DNA of 64,000 bases from Adineta vaga (Eukaryota; Animalia; Rotifera), in assembly GCA_021613535.1 (NCBI GenBank), contig CP075497.1:10230001-10294000 (forward strand), given 5' to 3'. Numbering within the stretch: the stretch's first letter is position 1; each line of letters opens with the position of its first letter. Positions 39,465-52,808 of this stretch are shown one piece after another. The position numbers and the translations under genes were made by a program. The notes under the pieces were generated by a model. It made no database searches, was not told the DNA's origin, and worked only from the letters and a program-made list of their open reading frames with translations.

Positions 39465-41759
39465 CTACTTTATAAGATGATTTCGACGATCATTGATGGT
39501 GCGTGAATTGACAAACGTTTCAATCTGAGAATCTTTGAAGTCAAATAAGGTCAATAAATTTTTTCCTTGACGATCTTCAAAAAAACCACTGACAACTTCA
39601 TAATCGACTTTTTCATTATCGAAACTACGATGATGTTCACGTTTTTTATATTTTTTTTGTTTATAATTCGATGCTATTGATGGTGGTCGATCATCGAATA
39701 AAAGTGATTTTCGAAGATGTTCGTCTTCTACGGTTAGACGTTCGATTTCATTTGGTAATTCTTGATCCAATTGATAATGATAACAAAATCGAAAATCTGC
39801 CGTGACATTTAGTGAGACATAAAGTTGTTGTGGTGCAGATGTTTGTTGTTCATCATTGACTGTTGATGACGGATTAGTTTCACTTACCCATCGAATAAAA
39901 ACATCTTGACCCGAATTTACATCTTTAATTCGTTCAACACGTATTAGATTAGGTGCTGGTGCATATGGATCTACGTTTGATTGTCCGGCTTGTGGAATAG
40001 GTGTTGTTGCTGTTGTCGCTGTATTTGTTATCAATGATTGACAATCAGTTGCAGGAAAAGGTTGGGATGATTGTGACAATGGTGGTGGTTGTTGCTGTGT
40101 TGGTCGTTGACTAGCAGATATAGATGCTATGGATGTTAGGCGTCGTCGCCGTTGACGACGACGACGACTCCGCCGACTGTGATGACAAGATGAACATGAA
40201 GATGAGGACGAGGCTGTCGATGATGATCGTGAGGAACCTGTTCTATTTGAACTACATGATCGAGCTTAAGAGTAAAGAAAACATGTGAAATATAAAATTC
40301 TTTTCTTTGGTTGAGAATAAATTATTTACATCTTGGTGATGTTGAACGAATTTTACTTGTTGATCGATCGTTTTCATATTTGTGGTGTTCCCATAATTGC
40401 CATGTATCAATGGGTACTCGATCTGTCTTATAATAGAAACCACCACCTTCTGTATTTGTTTGATAATCTAATGTACGTTCACGATCGGGTGCAGGTACAA
40501 TACGTATTTCATTATCAATTTCTTTATTTTTCGATCCATAATCATCTACCTATATAATTATGTAAGTATATAAACTTTAAATTTGAAATGAAATCTTTTG
40601 TTTTCCTATACTTTGAAATAAAGTGGTACTTTTGAACAATCTTGATGTGGTACAGTTGCTTGATATGCACTAAAACAAGCTTGAACAAGGGCGAGAGCTG
40701 CTTGTCTCGTTTTTGTAACAAAACAATGACATTCATCCACAGGTAAATGACGAGTACGTCGAAAAGTGACAGCAAATAAAGGTGGATTACGTGTGTTTTC
40801 CATGCGAGCTGCAGCTGGTGAATCCAAAGGGACAAAACGCCATCCATTAGGAAATTCGGCACCAGTTTGTGTTCGTGTTGCAAAACGAATACTAGCACAG
40901 TAGACAAGAGAACGAATAGGATAAAATAAAACAACAGATGGATCACGAGCAAATTGTAATTGTAAACCATTATCATAAATTGATAACCATGCTTCAATAC
41001 CTAAAAGTTCAAATTATAGTTAATTATATTCGATAAAAATTTATTTTTTTATACCTCGAACAACTTCTTTACCATCTACTGGATATCGTCGAGATAATGG
41101 TTCTTGTATCGCATCAATTCCACGTTGACCAGGTGAAGAAATCGCTGTACCCAAATATAATACACTACATTTCGCTCTAAATAAATATAGGATAAATCAT
41201 TAGTTCAACAGTTTTTCCTATTTGAAGTTCAATCCAATTTATATTTCCTAATAATCGAATGTCTTTCGACATGCATGACTAATCAAGGAGAAGAATGAAA
41301 AATGTAAAAAAAAATCCAAAAACATATGATTATTTTTGTTTGACACAATTCAATTATTCATTAGATTTTTAAATGAAAAAGAAACATACGAAAATACGAA
41401 ATTATCGGTTTATTAATTTCTAGTTACGCCTCATAAATCAAATAATATACATATAGATTAAGAAGAATAGTTCTCTGGTTTAAAAACTGGCTCATTATTT
41501 ACTTTCAGATGCATTAATCTTTGATTAAAACTTACAAAGGTTGGGAACCATCAATAACAATCGGTCGATATTGCATTTGTTGTTGTTGCTGCTGCTGCTG
41601 CTGTTGTTGTTGTTCATAATCATAATTATTTTCATCCACAATCACATGAGAAGTTGCTTGTTCATTATTATCAGTATACAACTGTTGTGCATATCTTGAA
41701 GGTTCTACAGTTTGACCATTTTCATCCACATAGGTGTACTCAGTTGTTGGATAATACAT
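39465..41759 (-). CDS. PTB/PID-domain adaptor protein with low-complexity tail
   Basis: CSVLYLGT..GIDAIQEPL..LSIYDNGLQL..FYPIRSLVYCAS..PLFAVTFR..ECHCFVTKTRQAALALVQACFSAY fits a PTB fold; poly-Q in first exon. Confidence 0.78.
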
Positions 41760-43338
41760 AGCGATTTTGTAAATAAAGTATTTCAATGATAATAGAAGAC
41801 AATCAACAACATTTCTTTTTTTTCTGTCGTTCAAAAACGAAACTTTAACGTTAAGAGTAAAAACAAAGCACGCTTCTTATCATTAATACTCACTAGACAC
41901 AATAGATGATATACGACGTTTGCTGTTCAACCAACCGTATCAATCGAAAACGATGGCTATGTAGCAAATGAATGAAAATAGTAGATGTGTGATTGTAAGG
42001 CGGTAATAACGATGGCTATCGATTTTTCTCTTTCGTTTCTCTTTCTCATTGTGACCTATTGCCAGATTGTCCACTGACCTTTCATGTACTCATATTTTAA
42101 AACACAAATAACTACATTGATCAAAATAATAAGACTATCGTATATCTATTATCAATGAAAATGAACAAATATTTCTCATTGTGCTCTCTTTGAAATGTAT
42201 CGTTCTACAAATTTTCCTCATGATAAATAAATCAGTTATTGAAAAAAGAAAGAATGTTATCATAGAAGATTCATGATAGAAAATACAGAATATTTTTATA
42301 CAAACTTATTTGTCGCTACTTTGATAAGCGATCTTATCGCTACGTATGTCAATAATTTTTATAAATATTGGTTAAACATATCATCAATGATTACATCGAT
42401 TTGATTGATGGTCCGATATTGTAAATAGTTCAATCTCGAAACTATTCATAGCAAATCGAATAGATGAAATTAGTAATGAACGATATATGTATATATAATG
42501 ATCTAATACTATTTAGTAGCAAATAATCAAATCTTCAAGGATTTTCTTCAGATATAAACATCAGTATAAAAGAGAATTAAATATTGATTGTGATATAAAA
42601 TTGAACAATTTTTTGTTTTTTATTATGCGATTGAAACGTTAATATGTACCTTGAGTATTCTGAATAACCTTAAATGATTTTTTTCCTCATGTTAATATTT
42701 GACGTCAAATCATTGCACACGTCAGGACGTGTCTTTGCTCAATATGAATTAACAACATATCAGTTTTGTATTCATTGTCACATCAACATACAGATATATT
42801 GATCAATAGTAATGACAATAAAACATATCCATCATTGTCTTTTGATTATACCAATTCATTATTAAGATTTCGCTCATTTAATTTGAATATCGAAAGTATT
42901 TAAACAGAATCACATTATCAACCAATCAATCTTTTACATAATATAATTTTATCAACATATCGATTAAAAAGATTAAACTTAATATGCTTGATTGAACACC
43001 ATCATATTTCGGTGTTCATATGAAATATTTAGCTAGATTTTTTTTATTCTGTATAATATAGTTTGTTTTTTTTCGTCTGATGGAAGTATGCAACACGCGT
43101 ATGTGTTTATGTATGTTTACGACATATAACAGAGTCAAATGGAACAAATAAACGAAACAAATAACTAGAGGCGCAAAATAGACAAAAAAGAAAGAAAGAG
43201 AAACATGCACACGCCGAAAGAGAAAAAGCAAAAAAAAGAAAAGAAAATGTCACACACAAAAGACATCAACTGTATTTTTCAATAAATGTTCAAAGTATAG
43301 GTTTTCTTTCGCAATAATATTCCTATTCAAAATTGAAT

Positions 43339-46300
43339 ACAAATACCGTATCAAGAACCTAGCAGCTGAACTTCATCATCGAGATCATTTGGTTCAAAAT
43401 CTTCATGACTATTATTCATGGAAAGACTTGTTTGTTTTGACTGACGATTCGAATCAGTTAATAATTGATCTACTTCAATCTAATATAGAAGATAGGTTAG
43501 AAAATATAGTCATTGAAATGATTAAACTTACATTTTCATTTTCATCAACATCACTGGTTTGATTTTGATTTCTTCTTTTTGCTTCGGGTTCATCGTCACC
43601 ATCATCCTCATCCTCATCATCTTCTTCTTCTTCTTCATGGGTTACTTCCGCAGATGATGCACCAAGTAATTCATCTTCAATAGTTTCAGATAGAGTTCGT
43701 TTCTTTCCACTCGTATTCAATGATGTATCTGCATCGAAAGATATATCAAGATGATGATCTTTAAATGTTAATCCATTCTTTTGTATCTAGAAAATGAATG
43801 AAATTAAATATAGAATATAATTTGAAAGAAAATTTGTTTCGTTTACTTTATCGACATCAGATTGTGAAGAATATGTAACAAGTAATGTAGTATCACTATC
43901 ACCCGGTTCAACTTTCGTAGCGCCCGATTTCTGGAAAGAAAAACAAAAGAAAATTAATAGTTTTCCAAAAAGAAAATAAATACCAACTTTTAAAAAGTCA
44001 TCTAACTCGTCTCTTGGTATATCATTGATATTTTTGATCACAAGTTGTTTTTGTTTTGTTGTATTCTCATTATCTGTGAGAACATTTGTAAAATTTAATG
44101 ATGATTGACCTAATGTCGAACTCATTGCACGACGCTAAAATAAAACAATGTACATGAAATGAACAAGATTTGTTTTTGTTGTTAAAGTCAATTACCATAT
44201 CTGCTGATGTTTTTGCTCTGAGAGTTTCGAGTTGTTTTTGTAAAGTTTCTGCACGTTGTTTCAGAGCATCTTGTTGACTAGTTTTAGTTGGTAGGGTTGG
44301 CTTTGACACCAATGCTGCTCCTACTGTTGTTGATGCTTTGACTGGTGGTGTTACACGCAGTAAATCCTTAAGTCTAACAATTGTAGCATCAACTTGTTTC
44401 ATTAATGTACGAATAGATTCTTTTTCAGTATTCGTTTCAGCCGCTTCTAGTCTTTTTAGTAATAATTTTTGCCGTTGAATCTGTTCTTCTAATAGAACTT
44501 GTTTTTTACGATGAATTTCAATAGTAGCTTTTTTAGCGGCTTCTTTTTTCGTAAGTGCTGCAGATGGTAGAGTTGCCTTTCTCAAAGATGTTGCAGCTGT
44601 AGGTGCTACTGGCGTTGGTACGGGTGTAGGGGTTGGATTTGTAGCTGATTGAGAAGTCTAAAAATAGATTTAGGAACAATATGAAAAAAAGATTAAAACA
44701 ATAAAAATCGTTTACCGGTGGTGTTTGTTCTGATTTATTTTCTGATAAATGTTGCATTTTCATCCAATGAAGTTTCATCGGATTAGGTGTGTTCGATGAA
44801 GATTTTTTAGTTGATGCAGCGTCCGTTGAGGATGATGATATTGATTGTTGTTGTTGTTGTGTAGATTGATTCGAGCTATTGCCATTGTTAGCAGATGATT
44901 GCCCCTAGAAATGTAGGATAGTTTAATACAAATAATTAAAGAACGGTACTGATATTCTCATGTGTATCAAAATTTACCTTATTGCTGTTATGCCAAAATA
45001 TTTTAATGAAACGATTATTAAATAAAGGTTGAGGATTTTTATATGCAGTTTCAGCTTCGTGTTGTGTTGCATAAGCAACAAGAGCAGAATCAGATGATCC
45101 ATCATAAGCAATCTAAGAGAAATGACAAGTTTTGTTTACTTAACTGTATATGTGACATGAAATGTTTCCTTTACTTGTACGTTTGTGACTGTACCAAATT
45201 TACTAAAATGTTCGTTTAATTTTGAAATTGTATTAAATTCAGTTGGAATTTTACGTATTTCAAGTGTAGCTGGTGCTGATCCAGATCCATCTGGTTTTTG
45301 CCCTATATTTAAGAAAGAAAGTATCATTTCAATAGTTCAGAATCAAGAACTTACATGGACGTTTCCATCCACGGCCATGGTAACCATTATTAGAATTAGA
45401 ATGATTCATATGATTGCTGCTATTATTATTGTTACTTGAATCAATAGCCAATGAATGATCTTGTGGTTGTGGCTGTTGCTGTGGCTGCTGCTGTTGTTGT
45501 TGTTGTGGTGGTAGTTGCAGTTGAATTTGTTGTTGCTGCTGCTGCTGCTGCTGTGGATGATGCGGTCGTCGGTCATTCGGATAAGAACCAGTAGGGATGT
45601 GTCGTTTGTTATGCATCATAGGACCACTAGGCATTCCCCCTAGAAATAAATGCATTTATTAAATTATTGTACACAAAGAAATGACAATAAATTACTTAAA
45701 CTTGAATCATTTGGACGTAAGTTTTGTTCAAGTGGTAATGGTTCAGCATTGGTAACAACCGTAACAAGTGTACGTTGAGGATTCATCATCATCATCTGTT
45801 GTTGTGATAATTGAGGTTGTCCTACTGATAATGGTGGACCTTGCATACGTGGATGATGATGCATAGGATGTCTCATATACATTGGTGGACCTTGATGAGA
45901 TCCATGCTTTAATTCAGGTGCTTCAGGATTATATTCATGATAATGAGGATGTAGATGGGCTGGTGGCATTCCATACTGCTGATAAGGTGGGTAATATGTT
46001 TGTTGTTGCTGCTGTTGTTGTTGTTGTTGTTGTTTTTGTTGTTGTTGCTGCTTCTGCTGTTCGAAAACAACAGCATTTGTTCCGTGATCATATGGACATG
46101 AATCTCCGAGTGAACAATAACCTTTATTTTCAAAAAAATCACTACAGGGAATTTTTTTGTATAAAAAATTTGTATTTGTAGTTGGCGGTTGATGAATAGT
46201 ACTGATTTGACGTGTTGGCGATGAACGTGAGGATGAACCGGATGATGAATGTGAATATGAACGTTGTGCACGTTTCGCTGGTGGTGGTGAACCAGAACGT

Positions 46301-46835
46301 GAACGAGATGATGAACGATTTGATTATTTGAATTTGTGTGGTTTTGATGACGTGTTGATTATTTGAATTTGTGTTCAGGAGGATGTTGCTTGAGACGTTG
46401 TTGTTGGAATCTGTTGTTGTTGTTGTTCATTATCTTGTTTAGTTGGTGATGTAGAGTTTTGTTGTTCTAAGATCTCTGAGGATTCTGCTGCTTTATCATC
46501 ACTAGTTTCACTTGCTTTTGGTTGCACATTTTCCTATAAAAAAAAGAAAAACTCTATTATCGATGTAAAAAAATATTTTAACAAACTTTTTTTGCTTCTG
46601 GAATATATCGTCCATTTCGAATAACTTCAAATAATTGATCAACAAAATCTTTTGTTGCTAAAATACAATTTTCACGTAATTTATCTAACGGTTTATCTTT
46701 CGCGACCAGAGCGAGAACATAACGAGCTAAAGCAATAGGTTCAGCATCGCATCTGAAGAGTTTTTGAAAAACATACATAGGTTCGAGGGTTGAAACGAGC
46801 CATTCTCGTAATGCTACTTCGTCGTCGATCAACAT
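43339..46835 (-). CDS. RBM26: RNA-binding protein 26/27 (PWI-like, CCCH zinc finger, RRM); 5' region appears disrupted in this assembly
   Basis: ALREWLVSTLEP(I)CDAEPIALARYVLAL; CSDFFENKGYCSLGDSCPYDHG; YNPEAP; TLEIRKIPTEFNTISKLNEHFSKFGTVTNVQ..FINNRFIKIFWH. Confidence 0.88.
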
Positions 46836-47070
46836 GAAAATAATGATTCTTTAATTATATACAAAACCGAATCTTTTCACGTTACAACAAATCTAAAAAC
46901 AAAGATGAAATTTTTTTCTTCTAAATATCTTCATGCTGAATTGATTAGTAAAAAAATTTATCTGATTAATTATTTTTCACAACTGAGAAAAACAAAAGAA
47001 CAACTGTGAATTATATCTGAACTAGTTCAATGGAGGTGAATTTGCATGCATTCATTTATAAGAAAAAAAA

Positions 47071-48390
47071 TTATTTGACTGATGCCGATGATTGAATCGG
47101 ATAATAGGTAATTTCATTCGATAAACGACGAACTTTGTTTGCAGGTAGTATCGATTCATTGCGTGTTCGTATTTTTTCAAGACGTTTTATTAACCAGACA
47201 AGTAAAATAATTATAAATATCTATTAAAATACATAAATTATTATTCTTGTAAAGCAAAAAAGAAGAAAAAAAACAATTTTACTTGAAGAAAGGCAACGCC
47301 AACTGTAACACATCCAAGTGTAACTAAATGCGTATGATAAAAATTGTAGAGTGCTGGCGAACAACCCTAATCAAAAATAAATAAAATGAAAGTTACTACA
47401 GAGAAAACCAATCATTTCATGCTATAGGTTTCGTAATTATGTCGCAATAGTTGAATTCAAAAAATTATCGTACTCAATCTCACAGGAAAGATAGCATCGG
47501 TTACTTTCCGTGACTTTTACAATCTAGAAACTTTGAAATACCTTGTAGAAAATATTTGATGGATGTTTGCCATATGGTTTTTGAGCACATTTTGGTTCAT
47601 ATGATTTACAACAACTATCAGGTACAGCTGAAGCCATTGATATATTAAAATTAGGATTCAATTGCCAATCCTATATTTATCATTAGAAATTATTTGGTTG
47701 AATAAAACACGTTCATCTTACTTTAAAGGATTTCGAACCACAACATCGTAACTAGGTATAGAAAGAAAATTATTATCACTGGAACGTAGATTTGAACAAG
47801 TTCACATACAAATTTTTGCATTTGATCAAATGTTTCAGTTTTCCCACTGTCAAATAAGTATTTATCTTGAATAGTTTCAAGTAAATTTTTTGATAAACGT
47901 TCTTCAAGCTAAATAACACTTCATTGTATTTCATAATTTCAAATTCAATCAACTTACATTAACTGTATAACCAAATTCTAATAAACTGGCTGTTATTTCA
48001 AAAGCAAATGTCAATGTCAATATTAATAATGTCTAAACAATTGATTTTACAAAAGAAATTCATTCTTTTCATTCAAAATATGCTTACTAATTTTAATCCT
48101 TTTTGATATTCATTCCATGAAGTAATAAACAGAACAATAATTGCTATACATGTAATTATTGCTGATAATAATAAGAAATAGGTTGTAGTTGTATAGAGAT
48201 ATGCCGATGCGAGTAAAGCATATTTATGTTTGGTTAAAATTGTCCAAGATGATAAATATAATAATAAAAGAACGGCTACGAAAAGAATAAAGCCGACAAT
48301 AATGATTGCAGCTTTAATACCGAATACACTACAGAATCCTTTATTATTTGAAGCAAGTCTATCAGATTTTTTTATTGGTGTTGAAGACAT
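47071..48390 (-). CDS. Tetraspanin (CD151-like)
   Basis: Four TM segments; large loop with RCCG (30-nt micro-exon), VPDSCCKS..CAQ..HPSNIFYKGC; ends ..SSASVK*. Confidence 0.9.
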
Positions 48391-48990
48391 TTTTTTTTTG
48401 AAAAATTCTATTTGAAAGAAGAGAATGATAAACAATAGTAACTGATTACAATAAAGATGTTCTTGAAATAGACTTTCGTTTGAAATAGAAGGTTAGACAC
48501 ATGTTCAGGTGGTATACGATCTTTTCAGATCAAATTTCCTTCTGATTAACTAGTCGTGCCTTGTTTATTTCGCCTAGCCATTCGATTTTTATTTGTTTTT
48601 TTCCTGTTCTTATCCATGACTCGTAGATAGAATAGATTTAATATGGACTTCGATGATAACGAATAAGAAATTTCTATTGATAGATGTCGTTCTCAGCAAA
48701 TTCAATGTAATTCTTAATTCCTTTATCAACATGAAAGATATTGAAACAATTTCACAGAAGTGTCATGCTTTTAATCAGTTTTCACCATTTAAGTGTTTAA
48801 TCTTTCTACTTGATATTTTCAAGTTGTCCTTGTCTAACAATATTTCAAAGTCTTATTTGATTGAATATGATATTCCTCTCAATTTGAACTACATAGTTAC
48901 TACAATATTTTAGAAGGTCAATGAATTAAAAACTAGTATGTTGTCATGGTCCTTCTTCTTTATTAAAAAATGTATTTACGATAGAATTTA

Positions 48991-48996
<6 letters not shown>

Positions 48997-49022
<26 letters not shown>

Positions 49023-49023
49023 G
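48997..49023. repeat. (AT)n microsatellite
   Basis: Perfect AT dinucleotide run just past the 3' end of the 494-aa ORF. Confidence 0.9.
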
Positions 49024-49039
49024 TAACCACATCAAATGG

Positions 49040-50524
49040 TTAAACTACTAGTCTTTTATCTATAACATTATGTAGATGATGATGATGATGATGATCAGTA
49101 AATCGTGAATGTAGATCAGATTTATAATTCTTCGTTTTTCTTATTGATTTTTGATAAGTCTTATTATTTAGTTGTCGAGATAATGTACCATAGTAATCAG
49201 ATGGATATCGATTCGTATTTCCTTTTTGTTGATGAATATGTGTAATTGATGGTAAATAATCGGTTTGATTATAAAGTACAGATGTATACGGAGGATGATG
49301 AGTTTGGTCAGTAGTATCATATAAAACATCCACAACTTGAACATCAGAATTCACATATGCACCTGAAGATGAACGACGACGGATATGAATATGTTGTTGA
49401 TGAGATTCATCCTGATGATTTTGTAAATGTGTTTGATAATAGACATGATTATTTTCAGAAGGAATTGAAGGATGATGGTGAGAGTGATGATGATGACGAT
49501 GATGGGATTGAGAATGATTTTGTTGTGAAGAAGTATGAGGATGATAATTATCATCGTCATTCATATCAGACGTAAAAAAATGTTTATCCGAATTTTTTGA
49601 TTGAGGTTTTGTTCGATTTGCAATCGGCTTCGATGTTATCAATAAATTACTTAGATTTTGAGATTGTTTATTTGAAATCGATTGTAGATAATGATCAGTC
49701 CATTCATTATCATTCGTAAGTTTACGACGTTCCGGTATTATTTTTCGTGTCATTTGTTGTTCACGATATTCATTGTTGTCTACATCTTTTAATGGTATAT
49801 AACGCTTTTTTGTTGGTTGTTGCTGTTGATTATTCTCATGATTTTGATGAAGTATTACATATGGTGGTGTGACAGAATTTTTCTCAGAATAATCATAATG
49901 TTGTTTATTTTGATTTGTTTGAGGATTTGATAGATCATTCTGACGGGATTTTTGTGTTCGTTTTTTCGGTTTAATCGATAAAGTTGTCAGTGCAGGTTGA
50001 GGATGATATTTTGAAGGATCAGATGTAGCATACGGAATTCTTTTATTTTGATTTGCTTGCCGTTGACGTGCAATCCAATCTGGATTTTTTACTTTATAAT
50101 AATACCAATAAGGATAATAATTATCACCGGTATCAGATGGTTTTAATTGTGGAATTGGTACTAAATTTCCTTGACCAGGTGGTGCTTTACGAAGATTTTG
50201 CTTCTTTATCTTCTCTTCTTTTTGTTGGCGTTGATGTTGAATAGCAATTGGTATTCCATTCTCTGGCATATTATTGTATGTATATCGAAGACTATGAGGT
50301 GTTTTCCGAGGAGATAAACGTGAAGATGGTATTGGTGTTGGTAATCGGTTGTTGCTTGAACTAATCATTTGACCGGTATCATTAGATGAAGTAATTGATG
50401 ATCGTTCAGAAATATAAATGTCTTCATCATTATCATCAGCAGCAACAAGATAATTTGTTGAATTATCACTTCTTTGTTGTATATCCCAATTTTTTAAATA
50501 CTCTTTTTTTATATGATAAGTCAT
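49040..50524 (-). CDS. Intronless 494-aa His/Gln/Asn/Ser-rich orphan protein
   Basis: 1.5 kb uninterrupted ORF in very AT-rich DNA; poly-His tracts; aromatic patch DNYYPYWYYYKVKNPDW. Confidence 0.75.
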   Translation of the reverse strand: MTYHIKKEYLKNWDIQQRSDNSTNYLVAADDNDEDIYISERSSITSSNDTGQMISSSNNRLPTPIPSSRLSPRKTPHSLRYTYNNMPENGIPIAIQHQRQQKEEKIKKQNLRKAPPGQGNLVPIPQLKPSDTGDNYYPYWYYYKVKNPDWIARQRQANQNKRIPYATSDPSKYHPQPALTTLSIKPKKRTQKSRQNDLSNPQTNQNKQHYDYSEKNSVTPPYVILHQNHENNQQQQPTKKRYIPLKDVDNNEYREQQMTRKIIPERRKLTNDNEWTDHYLQSISNKQSQNLSNLLITSKPIANRTKPQSKNSDKHFFTSDMNDDDNYHPHTSSQQNHSQSHHRHHHHSHHHPSIPSENNHVYYQTHLQNHQDESHQQHIHIRRRSSSGAYVNSDVQVVDVLYDTTDQTHHPPYTSVLYNQTDYLPSITHIHQQKGNTNRYPSDYYGTLSRQLNNKTYQKSIRKTKNYKSDLHSRFTDHHHHHHLHNVIDKRLVV

Positions 50525-51836
50525 GTTTAACTTTTAACGTTTTTGAAGTAATATGAAAAGTAATTGACTGATAGAAAAATAGGAGAAAAGAAAAAAGAAT
50601 TGATCAGATTCTCTGTTCTTGATCGAATCGATTTGTTTTGTTTGAGTTTAAGTGTGTCGACAGTCAGAATATATCCATATTAACAATGTCGTCGAGCACA
50701 ATTTCTAAAAAAAGTTATAAGCAGATATATAAATGAAAGTTAAATCAACAAGATGATTGTGTACTATTGATTTAAAAAAAGAGTGTCAGTAGTCGTTGTT
50801 ATAAAAAACTGAGAAAAAGAAAGAGAAATGATACCGTACAAGTTCATAAGTAAATATTGACGTATGATTTTTGATTAATTGGATTGACAGACATCATCAT
50901 CACATACTCATAACACTTTTATTATAACGATAGCCGATGAATATTCTGATACGTAGCTATTTTGATCATTAGGAAAAAAAATCGAAAAATATTTCGAAGG
51001 TTTCTTCTGATAAAAATGGTTATTTATTCATATATATATATACTCTCATGCTTTCTGTTTATTAGAAAATAATATACTATAAATCAAATTTGAATAAGAA
51101 TTTTGATGAATATGAATATTTAATGAAATATATTTTTCGGTAATTATTAAAATGACATGTTAGGTACATTGAATACATTTGACATAAACCAGATATCATT
51201 CATCGGAACATTAATAATTTGCACGTTGCTTTTTTCAAATTCAATCAAGAGGAACTTTATTGATAATTAACAGAACTAATACCATGAAAATTATTTGACA
51301 TTTACGGAATAGATAACCAAGGAGATTCGATATATGAAACCAGATGTATTTGTCATAAACCACTGCATAAAACGAATCAAAGTCACTGGCTAAATTATAA
51401 AGAACCAAACATCTCATTGCATAGTAAAGTCGAAAGTATAGAAACATAACAACGGATTCTCGATTAGTCGTTATTATTACAAGCATGTATACCATCTTAT
51501 AATGTACATTACACCAACTTTTATTCAAATTCGAAGCAGAAAATAACTAGTCTTGCATTAAATTGATTTCCAAATACCAAAAAAGTCAGAGAAAATGTCG
51601 ATAGAAATATTTTTACAGACATATAAAGTGGATTTTTCGTTTAGCAAATACAGAGCACATATAATAAATCGTTTTCAAAATTATTTCACAAATAAACTAT
51701 AAGTTAAACATAAATTCCAATGGTTTTACTTGATTCTTCAATTTAATATCATAACGAACAGTTTAATTTTGTCGTCAGTGATTACTTTTTCCTTTAAAAA
51801 CTAATCTTCACAATGAAGTGTAGAATAGTTACACAC

Positions 51837-51955
51837 GCTTACGGCCATACCACGTTGAATACACCAGTTCTCGTCCGATCACTGAAGTTAAGCAACGTCG
51901 GGCTCGGTTAGTACTTGGATGGGTGACCGCCTGGGAATACCGAGTGTCGTAAGCT
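51837..51955 (+). rRNA. 5S rRNA, copy 1
   Basis: GCTTACGGCCATACCACGTTGAATACACCAGTTCTCGTCCGATCACTGAAGTTAAGC...GGATGGGTGACCGCCTGGGAATACCGAGTGTCGTAAGCT; 119 nt, complementary ends, T-run Pol III terminator. Confidence 0.98.
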
Positions 51956-52257
51956 TTTTATCATCAATTTTTCTTAATCTTTTAGATTAATACTTTCTCA
52001 CGTAGAAGTTTCACTCGATCTTTATTTTTGTCATAGCGAATTGTCCACAAATCACTGTTCAAGTAGTTACTACACACCGTATCGTTGTCAATTTGTATAA
52101 GTACACTAGCCAGATGATGGTATTCTATGGCGGTTTTGTTAGTTTTTTTTGTAACTACTAACAAGCATTGATAGTTTTCACTTCAAAATAGAGGAAAGTC
52201 GAAAACTGATATACGATCAAGTTAGAACTAAAAGTGACAAATACTCGTTAGTTGTAC

Positions 52258-52380
52258 GCTTACGGCCATACCACGTTGAATACACCAGTTCTCGTCCGAT
52301 CACTGAAGTAAGGCAAAACGTCGGGCTCGGTTAGTACTTGGATGGGTGACCGCCTGGGAATGTACCGAGTGTCGTAAGCT
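52258..52380 (+). rRNA. 5S rRNA, copy 2 (indel-bearing; variant, pseudogene or consensus error)
   Basis: Same sequence but gaagtaaggcaaaacg replaces gaagttaagcaacg and gaatgtaccg replaces gaataccg (net +4 nt). Confidence 0.85.
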
Positions 52381-52689
52381 TTTTATCATCAATTTTTCTT
52401 AATCTTTTAGATTAATAAACTTTTCTCACGTAGAAGTTCACTCGATCTTATATTTTTTGTCATAAGCGAATTGTCCACAAATCACTGTTCAAGTAAGTTT
52501 ACTACACACCATACGTTGTCCTGTAATTTGTATAAGTCACTAGCCAGATGATCGTATTCTATGGCGTACTATTAGTTTTTTTTGTAACTACTAACAAGCA
52601 TCATAGTTTTCACTTCAAAATAGAGGAAAGTCGAAAACTGATATACGATCAAGTTAGAACTAAAAGTGACAAATACTCGTTAGTTGTAC

Positions 52690-52808
52690 GCTTACGGCCA
52701 TACCACGTTGAATACACCAGTTCTCGTCCGATCACTGAAGTTAAGCAACGTCGGGCTCGGTTAGTACTTGGATGGGTGACCGCCTGGGAATACCGAGTGT
52801 CGTAAGCT
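52690..52808 (+). rRNA. 5S rRNA, copy 3
   Basis: Identical to copy 1, followed by a T-run. Confidence 0.98.

Noticed and set aside
45329-46070. CAA/CAG repeats as satellite DNA
   Set aside because: They are in-frame poly-Gln tracts of RBM26; likewise in the PTB gene and CLINT1.
51960-52257. Spliced-leader RNA gene in the 5S spacer
   Set aside because: No recognisable leader + GT donor + Sm-site arrangement on either strand; kept only as a low-interest structural note.
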